A model generated the notes under the pieces. That model ran no database searches. It saw only the letters and a program-made list of their open reading frames with translations, and had not been told where the DNA came from. 64,000 nucleotides of DNA. Origin: an uncultured delta proteobacterium. Lineage in GTDB: Bacteria > Desulfobacterota > Binatia > JACPRU01. Of this stretch, positions 41,842 through 52,670 are shown piece after piece; the stretch's first letter is position 1; each line of letters begins with the position of its first letter. The translations under genes and the position numbers were made by a program. The stretch lies in NCBI GenBank assembly GCA_963745025.1, contig CAVUWD010000019.1, positions 64,001-128,000 on the forward strand, read 5' to 3'.

Positions 41842-42003
41842 CTACTTCTTCTCGTGTCCCGCAGCGAAGTGACTGGTCTGGCCGACGGCCCACTCTCGCC
41901 ACTGGAGCGTGTAGCGCCGGAACGATTGCAGATTGTCGCCGTAGTTGACGTAGAGATAGACGACCAATGCGCCGAACGCCAGCCCCCAGAGAAATTGCCG
42001 CAT
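41842..42003 (-). CDS. Small membrane protein (53 aa, not in the ORF track)
   Basis: MRQFLWGLAFGALVVYLYVNYGDNLQSFRRYTLQWREWAVGQTSHFAAGHEKK*; GGGAGG RBS. Confidence 0.7.
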   Translation of the reverse strand: MRQFLWGLAFGALVVYLYVNYGDNLQSFRRYTLQWREWAVGQTSHFAAGHEKK

Positions 42004-42350
42004 AGTGAACCTCCCGCGTCCCTAAGCTATCGGAAGCCCCCGTATACCCTCAAGCACCCCAATGCCGTTGGCCTCGCCTGCGTCACTTGCTAGGGTCACG
42101 ATCCGCATGAGCTCCCGCGTCGCCAACTGGAAAGAAGTCCTCACCACCACCAACCTCTCGTGTGAGGTGGGCGGCGTACCTTCAGCGCGCCGCGCACGCC
42201 CGGAGGCGCCGCTCCGTGCGCGGTGGTGCGATCAGGGTTCCTCTCGTCCCGAGCACGCGTCGAGACGACCCCTCATCGCGCGACCCGCGCAGGGAGGTCT
42301 TCGCTCGCTGGTGTACGGCGGTTGTGGTAGCAAGAGCCGAGGAGTCCATC

Positions 42351-43100
42351 ATGTCCGGTCATTCCAAGTGGTCGTCGATCAAGCACAAGAAGGCGGCGAA
42401 GGACGCAAAGCGCGGCAAGCTCTTCACCAAGCTGATCAAGGAGATCACCGTCGCCGCGCGCAACGGCGGGGATGTGAACGCGAATCCTCGCTTGCGAACG
42501 GCCGTGCTCACCGCCCGCGCGGCGAGCCTGCCGAACGACACGATCGAGCGTGCGATCAAGAAGGGTAGCGGACAGCTCGAGGGGCAGACGCTGGAGGAAA
42601 TCGACTACGAGGGTTACGGACCGGGCGGGGTCGCCGTCATGGCTCGCGTGCTCACCGACAATCGCAATCGCACGGTGAGCGATCTTCGCTTCCTCTTCAG
42701 CAAGCACGGCGGGAACCTCGGCGAAGCGAACAGCGTTGCCTGGATGTTCCAGAAGCGGGGCGTGGTCCACGTGGACAAGGGAGGCGTCGACGAGGATCGG
42801 GTGATGGAGCTGGCGCTCGAGGCCGGTGCTGACGACGTCTCGGACGCGGGCGAGAGCTTCGAAGTCGTCTGCTCGCCGGAAAATCTCGAGGCGGTGCGCA
42901 GCGGAATCGAGGGGGGCGGACTCAAGCTCACGAGCGCGGAAGTGACGATGATTCCGAAGAGCACCGTTCATTTGACCGGACCGCCGGCGGCGTCGGCCCT
43001 GAAGCTCCTCGAGGCCCTCGAGGATCACGACGACGTGCAGAACGTCTCGGCGAACCTCGACGTCGACCCGGCCGAACTCGAGAAGCTGTCCGCCGCATAA
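42351..43100 (+). CDS. yebC: YebC/PmpR family protein
   Basis: MSGHSKWSSIKHKK, YEGYGPGG, TDNRNRT and LEDHDDVQNV. Confidence 0.96.
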   Translation: MSGHSKWSSIKHKKAAKDAKRGKLFTKLIKEITVAARNGGDVNANPRLRTAVLTARAASLPNDTIERAIKKGSGQLEGQTLEEIDYEGYGPGGVAVMARVLTDNRNRTVSDLRFLFSKHGGNLGEANSVAWMFQKRGVVHVDKGGVDEDRVMELALEAGADDVSDAGESFEVVCSPENLEAVRSGIEGGGLKLTSAEVTMIPKSTVHLTGPPAASALKLLEALEDHDDVQNVSANLDVDPAELEKLSAA

Positions 43101-43110
43101 GCATAGACGA

Positions 43111-43642
43111 GTGAATCAAGAGAGGGTGAGGGTGCTCGGAATCGACCCGGGCACCTCGGTGACAGGGTGGGGGGTGGTGGAGCCCGCGGGGCGGCGTTTC
43201 GCCACGTCGCGAGCGGCACCGTGGGGCTATCCGCCCGGTTGCCTCTCGGCGAGCGGCTGCGCCGAATCCGCGCTGCGGTCGAAGATCTCTGCCGAGCGCA
43301 CGCACCGATCGCGGTCGCACTCGAAAAGGCGTTCGTCGCGCACAACGTGCAGAGCGCCTTCCGCCTCGGCGAGGCCCGCGGCGCCGTGCTCATCGCGGCC
43401 GCCGAGGCCGGACTGCCGGTCTTCGAGTACGCTCCCGCGCAAGTGAAGCTGACGGTCGTCGGCTACGGACGCGCCGACAAGCAACAGATGGTGCGCGGCA
43501 TCGCGCTGCGCCTCGGCGTTCCGCCGGCCGAGCAAGCGATGAGGCGGACGCGCTGGCGCTCGCGCTCTGTCACCTGATCGGCGCGCGGCTGCGCGTACCC
43601 GAGCGCGCGCCTGCGCGACGCCGTGGCGGGGCGGCGCTGTGA
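43111..43642 (+). CDS. ruvC: Holliday junction resolvase RuvC (apparent frameshifts)
   Basis: [37 protein letters not shown] and DALALALCH across three frames. Confidence 0.9.
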
Positions 43643-44230
43643 TCGCGCGCCTACGAGGACGGCTTTGTGACCGGACGGCGGAGGAGGTGGTCGTCGACGT
43701 CGCCGGCGTCGGTTATCAGGTCTACGCGTCCGCGCAGACGCTGGCGGCGCTTCCCGGCGAGGGCAGCGAGGTCGATTTGCTGATCGTCACCCACCTGCGC
43801 GACGACGCGCTCCAGCTCTTCGGCTTCGCCGACGCAGCCGAACGGACGCTCTTCCAGCTTCTCCACTCGGTATCCGGAATCGGCCCTCGCCTGGCCTTGA
43901 ACATCCTCTCGGGAATGCCGGTCGCCGAGCTTCGCGAGGCGATCCGCCGCCGCGATCTCGTTCGCCTGCACGCGCATCCCCGGCGTCGGCAAGAAGACCG
44001 CCGAACGCCTGTCGGTCGAGCTCGCCGACAAGCTCGCCGCGCTTCCCGAGGAGCGTCCCGTGCGACGCGACGGAACGGCGCACGGCGTCGCGGAGCAGGC
44101 CGTTTCGGCGCTCGTCAATCTCGGCTTCCGACCGGCCGAGGCCGAGCACGCCGTCGAAGCCGCGATGGGGGCCGGTCTCATGGCGTTCGAGGAAGTGGTT
44201 CGCGAAGCGCTGCGGAGCACCCGGCGATGA
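43639..44230 (+). CDS. ruvA: RuvA (apparent frameshift near 43970)
   Basis: [36 protein letters not shown] and SALVNLGF. Confidence 0.92.
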
Positions 44231-45261
44231 CGCGCATCCGCGCGCGTTCGGGAGCGCTCGGCCCCGCCGCGCTCGACGACGACCGGGTCGTCGACCAATC
44301 GCTCCGTCCACTGCGCTTCGACGAGTACGTCGGCCAGGAGCGCGTGAAGGAGAACCTTCAGCTGATGGTGACTGCGGCACGCAGCCGTGGCGAGGTGCTC
44401 GACCATCTGCTCTTCCACGGCCCTCCGGGGCTCGGCAAGACCTCGCTCGCGCATCTGATCGCGCGCGAGATGGGGGTCAACATTCGCACCACCTCGGGAC
44501 CGATGATCGAGCGTGCCGGTGACCTGGCAGCGATCCTCACGAGCCTGGAGCCGCACGACGTGTTCTTCATCGACGAAGTCCATCGACTGAACCGGCTGAT
44601 CGAGGAAGTCCTCTATCCGGCGATGGAGGACTTCAAGCTCGACCTCGTGATCGGGCACGGTCCGGGCGCGAGCATGTCGAAGATTCCTCTGCAGCCCTTC
44701 ACCTGATCGCCGCGACCACTCGCGCGGGCCTGCTCTCGGCGCCGCTACGCAATCGGTTCGGCAATGATTTCCGGCTCGATTTCTACACGCAGGCGGAGCT
44801 CGAACGAATCCTCGCACGCTCGGCGCGCATCCTGTCGCGTGCGACTCGAAGCGGACGGCGCCGCGGAGATCGCCCGCCGCTCGCGCGGTACGCCGCGCAT
44901 CGCCAATCGGCTGCTCCGGCGGGTTCGTGACTTCGCGGAGGTGCGCGCGGACGGCGTCATCCGCTTGTCGGTCGCCCGGGACGCGCTGAAGCTTCTCGAC
45001 GTCGACGACATCGGCTTCGACCCGATGGACCGAACGCTGCTGCTCACGATCATCGACAAGTTCGACGGCGGGCCGGTCGGCATCGATACGCTGGCCGCCT
45101 CGATCGGAGAGGAGCGCGACACGCTCGAGGACGTCTACGAGCCGTACCTGTTGCAGATCGGATTCCTGCAGAGGACTCCGAAGGGCCGAGTTGCAACGTC
45201 GAGCGCGCGGCGGCATCTTGGCAGAGAACCCCGCAAGGGACCGCAGGGAGGCCTGTTTTGA
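44227..45261 (+). CDS. ruvB: RuvB (apparent frameshifts 44700-44840)
   Basis: [40 protein letters not shown] and EPYLLQIG. Confidence 0.94.
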
Positions 45262-45265
45262 GGAA

Positions 45266-45332
45266 GGCCACGGGCTTCAGGCCACGGAAAGAATGCGTGA
45301 CGTCTTGGCCTGTAGCCCGTAGCTCGTAGCCC
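45266..45332. repeat. Heptamer-armed palindromic intergenic element
   Basis: GGCCACG GGCTTCA GGCCACG GAAAGA...GTAGCCC GTAGCTC GTAGCCC directly before the ATG. Confidence 0.85.
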
Positions 45333-45545
45333 ATGATGGATCTAGGCAAGACGCTCATTCTGCTTGGCGCGGTGATCATCGCCGCGGGCGTGGTGTTTCT
45401 GCTCCTCGGCCGCGTCCCCTGGATCGGTCGGCTGCCGGGTGACATCGTGATTCGGCGGGATGACTTCGTCTTCGTCTTTCCGCTGACGAGCTGTCTCCTG
45501 GTGAGCGCGCTACTCAGCCTCGTTCTCTATTTGCTTCGTCGTTGA
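45333..45545 (+). CDS. DUF2905 family small membrane protein
   Basis: GRLPGDI...FPLTSCLLVS. Confidence 0.9.
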   Translation: MMDLGKTLILLGAVIIAAGVVFLLLGRVPWIGRLPGDIVIRRDDFVFVFPLTSCLLVSALLSLVLYLLRR

Positions 45546-45563
45546 GCTTCGAGGAACGCGCGA

Positions 45564-47790
45564 GTGACGACGTTGAACACCAACGAAACCAACCCGATCG
45601 AGGCCGAGGGCATCGCCGATGCGCGCGTCCGCCGTCGCGATGCCTGGCTGATCGCCATCGTCGCGATCGGCGTGTTTCTCTTCGCCGTCTTCGAGGCGCG
45701 ACTGCCGCAATTTTCGAGCGCGCAGTCGTTGATGAATCACCTCACGTTCTTCCTGCTCATCAACCTGAACGTGCTGCTGCTCGTCGTCTTCGCCTTCCTG
45801 GTGGTGCGGAATCTCGTCAAGCTCATGTTCGAGCGCCGCCAGCAGATTCTCGGCTCGCACCTTCGCACGCGCCTGGTGGTCGCCTTCGTCGGGCTTTCAC
45901 TTTCTCCCGCGGTGCTGCTGTTCATCGCGTCGACGAACTTCATGGACAACTCGATCGAGAAGTGGTTCGACGTACAAGTCGAGCAATCGCTCGAGGGCTC
46001 GCACGACGTGGTGCAGGCCTTCTACAAAGGGACCGCGGAGTCGATGCAGGCCCGCTCACGCGAGATCGCGGATACGCTCGCCACCCGAGGGCTGATCGCG
46101 CCCGAGCGACGCGCGGAGCTCCATCGCTTGCTCGAAGCGCGCCGGGCCCAGGCGGGGGTCAGTGCGGTGCAGATCTTTTCGCCAGCCCGAGAGCTCCTGA
46201 GCGTCGCGTTCTCGCCGTCCGCCGTGGGCGGCATCACTGTGGCGCCCGATAGCGAAGCATTCGAGCATCTGCTCGCGGGAGAGAGCCTGATGCGCGTCGA
46301 GCCCCTCGGAGATGGCGACGTTGTGCGCGGAGCCTCTCCCGTTCTCGATCATGGCCGCGTGATCGCCGCGGTGGCCATGGACCAATACATCCCGGTCAGC
46401 CTCTCGCATCGCGCCGAGGACATCGAACGCTCGTTCCGGGAATACCGCGAGCTGAAGATTCTCAAGCAACCGATCAAGAACACCTATCTGCTGACGCTCA
46501 CGCTGATCACGCTCGTCGTGGTGTTCGCCGCCACCTGGTACGGATTGTCGCTCGCCAAGAGCATCACCGTGCCCATCCAGCAGCTCGCCGAGGGCACGCG
46601 GGAGGTCGCGCACGGGAACTGGGACGTTCACATCGAGGGCGCGGGTGGGGACGAGATCGGCACCCTAGTGTCCGCGTTCAATCAGATGACCGGCGACCTC
46701 AAGAAGTTCAATACCGAGATCGAGGAGAGGCGCCGCCACATGGAGACGATTCTCGCCAACATCCGCGCCGGCGTCGTCTCGGTGTCTCCGGACGGTACCA
46801 TCACCACGTGGAACGCCGCGGCCGAGCACCTGTTCGGCATCTCGGCGCGCCAGGCGCGTGGCCGGCGGGCGGTCGAGGTGCTCACCGGTACCACGCTGGC
46901 ACCCGTGCGGGAGATGCTCGACCAGCTGCTCGCGACCGGTGCGACCCAGGGTGAACGCCAGGTCGAGGTGGTGCACGCCGAGGAGGCATTCACGCTGCTC
47001 GCAGCGGCTGCGCCGCTGCGGGATCCCGGCTCGCCGATCGACGGACCCCATGGCGCGGTGCTCTTCTTCGAGGACATCACGCAGATCCTCCAGGTGCAGC
47101 GAATGGAGGCCTGGCGCGAGGTCGCGCGGCGCATCGCGCACGAGATCAAGAATCCGCTCACGCCGATCCAGCTCTCGGCCCAGCGCCTGCAGAAGCGCTA
47201 CGCCCAGCTCCTCCGCGACGACGTGTTCGACGAGTGTACGCAGGACGATCATCAAGCAGGTCGATGACCTGAAGGCCCTGGTGAACGAGTTCTCGAGCTT
47301 CGCGCGCATGCCCACCGGGCACCATCGCCCCGAGGATCTGAACGGTCTCGTCGAGGAGGCCGTCGTCCTCTTCCGCGAGGGGCACCGGAAGATCCGCTTC
47401 GACGTGCGCACGGACCCGAGCCTGCCGCCTCTGATGCTCGACCGCGAGGGCGTCAAGCGAGCACTCATCAACATGCTCGACAACGCCGTCGCGGCTTGTG
47501 CCAACGGCCACGCGCAGGGGGGGCGGATCGAGATCACGACGTCGTATCTGCAGTCGCTCGGCCTGGTTCGCCTCGAGCTCGCCGACAACGGCTCGGGAAT
47601 GACGCCCGAGGTGAAGGCGCGGCTTTTCGAGCCCTACTTCTCGACGAAGAAGGACGGTACGGGTCTCGGCCTGGCGATCGTTTCGGCGATCTTCTCCGAT
47701 CACCGCGCCTTCATCCGCGTGCGCGACAACGAACCGAAGGGGAGTCGATTCATCGTCGAATTTCCGGTAAAAGAGCCGGTTGATGGCTGA
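45564..47790 (+). CDS. ntrY: NtrY-like sensor histidine kinase (TM-HAMP-PAS-HisKA-HATPase; one apparent frameshift near 47240)
   Basis: GSHLRTRLV, AWREVARRIAHEIKNPLTPIQLSAQRL, LVNEFSSFARMP, DNGSG and GTGLGL. Confidence 0.9.
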
Positions 47791-49050
47791 GACGATCCTG
47801 ATCGTCGACGACGAGGAGCAGATCCGCGCCAGCGTACGCGGGGTGCTCGCGGACGAGGGCTTCCGTGTGCTCGAGGCGGACAACGGGCGAACCGCGCTCG
47901 CGGTGATCGCCGCGGAGCACCCGCGGCTCGTCCTCGTCGACATCTGGATGCCCGAGGTCGATGGCGTCGAGATTCTGCGCGAGATCCAGAAGCGTCATCC
48001 TGGAACCCGAGTCGTCGTCATCTCCGGGCACGGAAACATCGAGACGGCCGTGCGCGCCACCCAACTCGGAGCGATCGACTTCATCGAGAAGCCATTTTCG
48101 ATCGAGCGCCTGCTGCAGCGGATCGAGCGCGCGCTCGGGTCACCGGCCGCCCGACTGCTGGAAGACGAGGCGGTCGCGACGGCGTCTCCACTGCGCGCGC
48201 CGGCGACTCCCGTCGGCCGCACCTCGCGCGCCGCACGCTCGCGCGCAGCGTGGTGGTCAACGGCCAGGGGCTCCACTCCGGCATCCGCACCGGCCTCATT
48301 CTCCATCCGGCGCCTCCGGGAACGGCAGTCGTCTTCGAGACCATCTCGGCCGACGTCGAGATCCCCGCGCTCGTCTACTACGTCGAGTCGACGGGCTACG
48401 CGACGACTCTCTTCCGCGACGGCGTGGTCGCCCAGACGGTCGAGCATCTAATGGCGACGCTGCACGCGTTCGGCATCGCGAACCTGCGGATCCGAATGCA
48501 AGGGGAGATTCCCATCCTCGACGGCTCTGCCATAGAATTCTGCGACCTCGTCGAATCGGGGGGCATCGAGCCCCAGGAGGAGGAGATCGAGGAGCTCGTC
48601 GTCGACCGCCGGGTAGCGATCGGCGATCCGGAAACCGGAAAGTACATCGCGCTCGAGCCCTGCGACGGATTCGAGGTGGACTACACGCTCGAGTATCCTC
48701 CACCGGTCGGGCGTGAGCACGTCGTCTACAAGCACGGCGGTGCCGACACGTTCCGCACCGAGATCGCTCCGGCGCGCACGTTCGGGTTCGTGAAGGACAT
48801 CGCTGCGCTCGAGCAAATGGGCCTCGCGGGCGGCGGACGCTTGCACAACTGCATCCTGATCGGCGACGACGGCGTCGTCAACACCCGCCTTCGACTCGAT
48901 TGTGAGTTCGTGCGGCACAAGATTCTCGACATCATGGGAGATTTTTTCTTGCTCGGCCGCCCCATTCGCGGTCGCGTCGTCGCGCGGATGACGGGTCACG
49001 GCGACAACATCGCGCTTCTCAAGCAAATCGATCAGCAGCTGGCGGACTAG
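47783..49050 (+). CDS. lpxC: NtrX-type receiver domain apparently fused to UDP-3-O-acyl-GlcNAc deacetylase (one-base frame break near 48230)
   Basis: Receiver: ILIVDDE, DIWMP, SGHGNIETAV, EKPF. LpxC: RTLARSVVVNGQGLHSG, TVEHL, EIPILDGSA, ARTFGF, RHKILDIMGD, GHGDN. The confidence applies to the domains; the fusion is inferred. Confidence 0.85.
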
Positions 49051-49250
49051 ACTCGATCGAGATTTCCGTCGACGCCAGGCGCGGCGCTCGGAAAGCCCTC
49101 AGTTTTCGCCACACGCGCTGGAAATTCGTGAAGCGCTGGATCTTCCGGTTGGCCCGTACTCGGGTCGACCGGAAGAGCCAGCCACCGCGCGCAAGCGCGG
49201 AGAGTAATAGACCAGCTCGTGGGTTATTGTCTTCCGCGCTCCGCGCGGTT

Positions 49251-49298
49251 GCGGTCGGTTGTGATCGGTCCGAGTACGGGTCGATCACAACCGACCGC
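49251..49298. repeat. Perfect 17-bp inverted repeat
   Basis: GCGGTCGGTTGTGATCG ... CGATCACAACCGACCGC with a pairable 14-nt centre. Confidence 0.85.
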
Positions 49299-49454
49299 GC
49301 TCTTCGTCGTCCCGGAGCATTCGAGGCGAAGACTGAGGCGTTACGGCGCTCGGAAGAAATCGCTTGTGTGTTCGACCTAGGGTGGTAGACTGCCCGTCTA
49401 CAACTCAAGGGTCAGGGAGATTCGTTGGAACGTCGGGGAACGCCGAGGGTATCC

Positions 49455-49766
49455 ATGAGCGAGGCACAGGAACGTCGAGGAGCCGAGCGACGGCACGCGG
49501 ATGCCGGGGGGACGATCTCGTTCGGGCAAGAGGCGTTGGGTTGCCGAGTCATCGATCTCTCCGAGACGGGCGCTCAGGTGCGGATCGACGGCAAGCGCGC
49601 CAGTCGAAATCTCGTCGGCAAGCGGGCGTCGTTGACGTTGGAAGGCTCCAAGCCGAGGCTGGTCGAGGGACGGGTCGTGTGGGCACGCCCCGCGGTGAAC
49701 GGCGTCTATCTCGGGATCGCCGTCGAAAACAGCGAGCCGAAGCCCGTCGAAAACGCCTCGCAGTGA
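49455..49766 (+). CDS. PilZ domain protein
   Basis: ERRGAERR (RxxxR) and DLSETG (DxSxxG), GRVVW. Confidence 0.85.
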   Translation: MSEAQERRGAERRHADAGGTISFGQEALGCRVIDLSETGAQVRIDGKRASRNLVGKRASLTLEGSKPRLVEGRVVWARPAVNGVYLGIAVENSEPKPVENASQ

Positions 49767-49769
49767 TTC

Positions 49770-50666
49770 TCAGCGGACGCGCAACGCGTTCAACGGCCCG
49801 TAGAGCGTGAACGAATAGGATCCGCTCGCCGCCTTCTGGTTGTGATTCAGCAGGGTCAGCAGCGGCTCGAACCCCGCGGGCGCTCCCGGAATCGGTTTCA
49901 CGTTGAGTACGGCATTGACGACCGGCATCTGGTTCGCGCTCAGCAGGAAGAGCTGACCATGTAGCTCGGCGTCTACCTCGGAGCCGGAGAGCTTGAGTGA
50001 GCGAACGTCCAGCCTCCCTGCCTTCAACTCGAATTCGGCCTCGCCGTTGGCGAAATGAAGATCGGGAATGGTGAATCCCTGCGCCTTGGCTTGCGTGAGG
50101 GACGCGCTCTTCAAGCCGAGCTTGCCGCGGCCCTCGAGATTCTTGAGCTCGCCGCGGCCGCTGAAGTGAATGTCTCCCGAGAGTGTTCCCTCCCAGTTGC
50201 CCTCGAGCAGCGCCGTGAGTCGCGGATACTGGGAAAGCCGGACCTCGTTCCAGGAGAGCCCGAGTGCTCCGGATGGATCGACGGAGCCGGTGAAGTCACC
50301 ACCGTATGCCCGACCCGAAAAATAGAAGGGGAAGCCATCACGGCCGAGCGATGGCCGGAAGGCGACTTCCGCGGCGGCGAACCACGGGTCGGTATCCTTT
50401 CCCGGCGCGATCAGGCGCGGCTGCGACAAGTGGTAGCCGTTCCACGGGCGCAACCACACTTCATCATAGTGGATTCGCCAGCCGGATTGGGCGGCGATCT
50501 CGTCGGTCCAGCGCCGGACGATGAGGTCGTGCGGGAACGTCAGCGCGAAGAACAGAACGAACCAGCCGACCGTCCACGCGGCGTAGCCGAGGGACGACCG
50601 GCCGGGGTATCGCCGGGGAAAGAAGCGGCCGAACCTGCCGGCGAAGCTCGCGATCGAGGAGCTCAT
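49770..50666 (-). CDS. gspN: Type II secretion protein GspN
   Basis: N-terminal TM followed by LTFPHD, beta-rich; last gene of the gsp operon. Confidence 0.8.
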   Translation of the reverse strand: MSSSIASFAGRFGRFFPRRYPGRSSLGYAAWTVGWFVLFFALTFPHDLIVRRWTDEIAAQSGWRIHYDEVWLRPWNGYHLSQPRLIAPGKDTDPWFAAAEVAFRPSLGRDGFPFYFSGRAYGGDFTGSVDPSGALGLSWNEVRLSQYPRLTALLEGNWEGTLSGDIHFSGRGELKNLEGRGKLGLKSASLTQAKAQGFTIPDLHFANGEAEFELKAGRLDVRSLKLSGSEVDAELHGQLFLLSANQMPVVNAVLNVKPIPGAPAGFEPLLTLLNHNQKAASGSYSFTLYGPLNALRVR

Positions 50667-50671
50667 GCGTG

Positions 50672-51232
50672 TCAGCTCGCTGCCTTGATGCTGACGCGGG
50701 ACACCGCGAAGGTGACGTCGAACTGAGAGGGATCGGCGCCCCGCTTCTTCATCTGCAAGCGCGACACGTGAAGGGCGGCCGGCGACCGCTCGAGCTCATG
50801 GAGCAGCTCGACCGTCTGCTGCAGCGTGATTCCGACGAGCTGGACGTTGACGGCTTCTTCGACGTATTGATCCCCGATCGTCTTCGGGGAAGACGGCGCC
50901 ATCGACGCGACCCTGTCGCGGCTGACCTTCTTGGTGACGATACCATCGAGCGTGGAGTAGAGCCCGTTCGCCCCAGCGTCCTTGCTCGTGAGCGCGTCGG
51001 TCTGGCGTTTCAGGTCAAGGAAGACCCCGCGGAACGACTCCACCTGCTCCAACTGATGCTGCTTGGCGACGATTCGAGTTCGCAGCGCGCTCTTCACCGC
51101 TTGGGCCTTGTAGACGATCAGGAATACGAGGAAGCTCGCGAAAACCGCGCCGCCGATTGCGACGAACAGACGCTCCCGGGGTGCCAGCCGCGCGAAGGCA
51201 TGCTGGAGGTTGGCGAGCGAGAGCCACCTCAT
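50672..51232 (-). CDS. gspM: Type II secretion protein GspM
   Basis: LAPRER-TM-coiled coil; operon position. Confidence 0.82.
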   Translation of the reverse strand: MRWLSLANLQHAFARLAPRERLFVAIGGAVFASFLVFLIVYKAQAVKSALRTRIVAKQHQLEQVESFRGVFLDLKRQTDALTSKDAGANGLYSTLDGIVTKKVSRDRVASMAPSSPKTIGDQYVEEAVNVQLVGITLQQTVELLHELERSPAALHVSRLQMKKRGADPSQFDVTFAVSRVSIKAAS

Positions 51233-52668
51233 CCCTCGGATCCTTTCCCCAAGAGCAAATTCATCCGGAATTCGACCTTGCCGTCCGCAGTCGTGCGCGG
51301 CTCCTTGACCTGCACCTCGCCGAAGAGCGGTGATTCGGCGATCTTCTTCCGGATGGTCTCCACGGCCTCGAACGACGAGGTCTTGGCCCGCAAGTGGACG
51401 CCGTCGACATCGATCGCCAGCTCGTCGACGTTCATGCGGGGCTCGGTGGGGGCGTGCTCGGAGATCTGCCGCAAGATCTCGAGCGGTGAAACCGGACCCG
51501 TCGGGCCGAAACCCAGTTGTTGCTGCTGCTTCTGGAGCCTCTTGATCTCCTGCTGGAGTTGCTCCGCTTCGTCGACGACTGGGGTGTTTGGCAACGCTTC
51601 GTGAAACGCCTGGCGGACGATGTCGCGAAGCTCGTCGTACTGACGGGATAGCTGATAATAGGAGACACCCTGCCAGAGAGCGAACGACACGAGGACGACG
51701 GCGGAGAGCACCGCGAGGCGCGTCACCGTTCCCTGCATCTGCTCTTGGCCGCGCCGATACGAGAACGACTCGCGGCGGAAATTCAGACCGAGCGTCGGCG
51801 CGTCGGCGATCCCCCGCAGCGCGAGGCCGAGCGCCGGAGCATAGGTCCCTTGGCGGCCGTGTAGCGCCGCTGGAACCTGACGGAGCGGAAGGTCTTCGAG
51901 TCGCTGGACGGTGAGGCCGACTTGGCTGCGTAGCAACTCGAGCAGCTCTGGTCCCGACGAGCCTCCGACCAGCAACGCCCGAAGCTCGACGTCATGCCCG
52001 CTCGGGGGCCCGCCGTTGAGGCTCTTGAGGCTCCAGACGATCTCACGGAGGAACGCAGGCACCGGCGGCTCACCCGCCACGTCGATCACTCTCAGGTGCT
52101 CGAGCTGACCGCTGCGGTAGATCGCGAACGTGCCGCGTGCGCCGCTCACGTGAAGGAAGGCGTAGCGCTCCGGTCGATCGCCCTCGAACAGTTGGAGCAC
52201 GTTCAGGGTGGTGAGCGGCGCGAAGTCGACCACCGCGGGATCGAGTCCCGCCTCGGCAAGAATCTTCAGGTGATCGTCGATCCGAGATTTCGGTGCCAGC
52301 GCGGCGAACACCCGCGTGCCGTCAGCCGTCTTATTGAGAACCTGGAAATCGACGATCGCCTCATCGACGGCGAACGGGACCTGGCTCTCGAGCTCGAAGG
52401 GGACGGTTTGCTGAAGCTTCCGCCAGTCGCGGAACGGCAGCTCGAGAAACCGGTAGACGGCAGCGTCTCCGGGGAGGGCCGACAGCACCGTGTCCGCGGT
52501 CATGGGATGGCGGGATACGAAGTTCCTCAGTTGCTCACCCAATTGCACGGTGGGGTCCCGAGGCTCGGAGAAGTACCCGACGATCTGATAGCTGCGGAAG
52601 CTCGTCTCGACGACCACCGCGACCAGCTGGGAGCCATGCGGGTCGAGTGCCAGGATCCGATTCGGCAT
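51229..52668 (-). CDS. gspL: Type II secretion protein GspL
   Basis: RILALD, LELPF, VPFELESQVPF and LNFRR; actin-like plus periplasmic domains. Confidence 0.85.
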   Translation of the reverse strand: MPNRILALDPHGSQLVAVVVETSFRSYQIVGYFSEPRDPTVQLGEQLRNFVSRHPMTADTVLSALPGDAAVYRFLELPFRDWRKLQQTVPFELESQVPFAVDEAIVDFQVLNKTADGTRVFAALAPKSRIDDHLKILAEAGLDPAVVDFAPLTTLNVLQLFEGDRPERYAFLHVSGARGTFAIYRSGQLEHLRVIDVAGEPPVPAFLREIVWSLKSLNGGPPSGHDVELRALLVGGSSGPELLELLRSQVGLTVQRLEDLPLRQVPAALHGRQGTYAPALGLALRGIADAPTLGLNFRRESFSYRRGQEQMQGTVTRLAVLSAVVLVSFALWQGVSYYQLSRQYDELRDIVRQAFHEALPNTPVVDEAEQLQQEIKRLQKQQQQLGFGPTGPVSPLEILRQISEHAPTEPRMNVDELAIDVDGVHLRAKTSSFEAVETIRKKIAESPLFGEVQVKEPRTTADGKVEFRMNLLLGKGSEG

Positions 52669-52670
52669 GA

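Noticed and set aside
42108-42340. Possible small gene upstream of yebC (MSSRVANWKEVLTTTNL...)
   Set aside because: Would need several frameshifts and has no recognisable family, so it cannot be supported.
48220-48250. Programmed ribosomal frameshift between the receiver and LpxC
   Set aside because: No slippery heptamer at the junction, and neighbouring genes carry similar apparent indel errors.
49260-49289. CRP/FNR site (TGTGA...TCACA)
   Set aside because: Half-sites are 20 bp apart rather than 6; they are simply part of the long inverted repeat.
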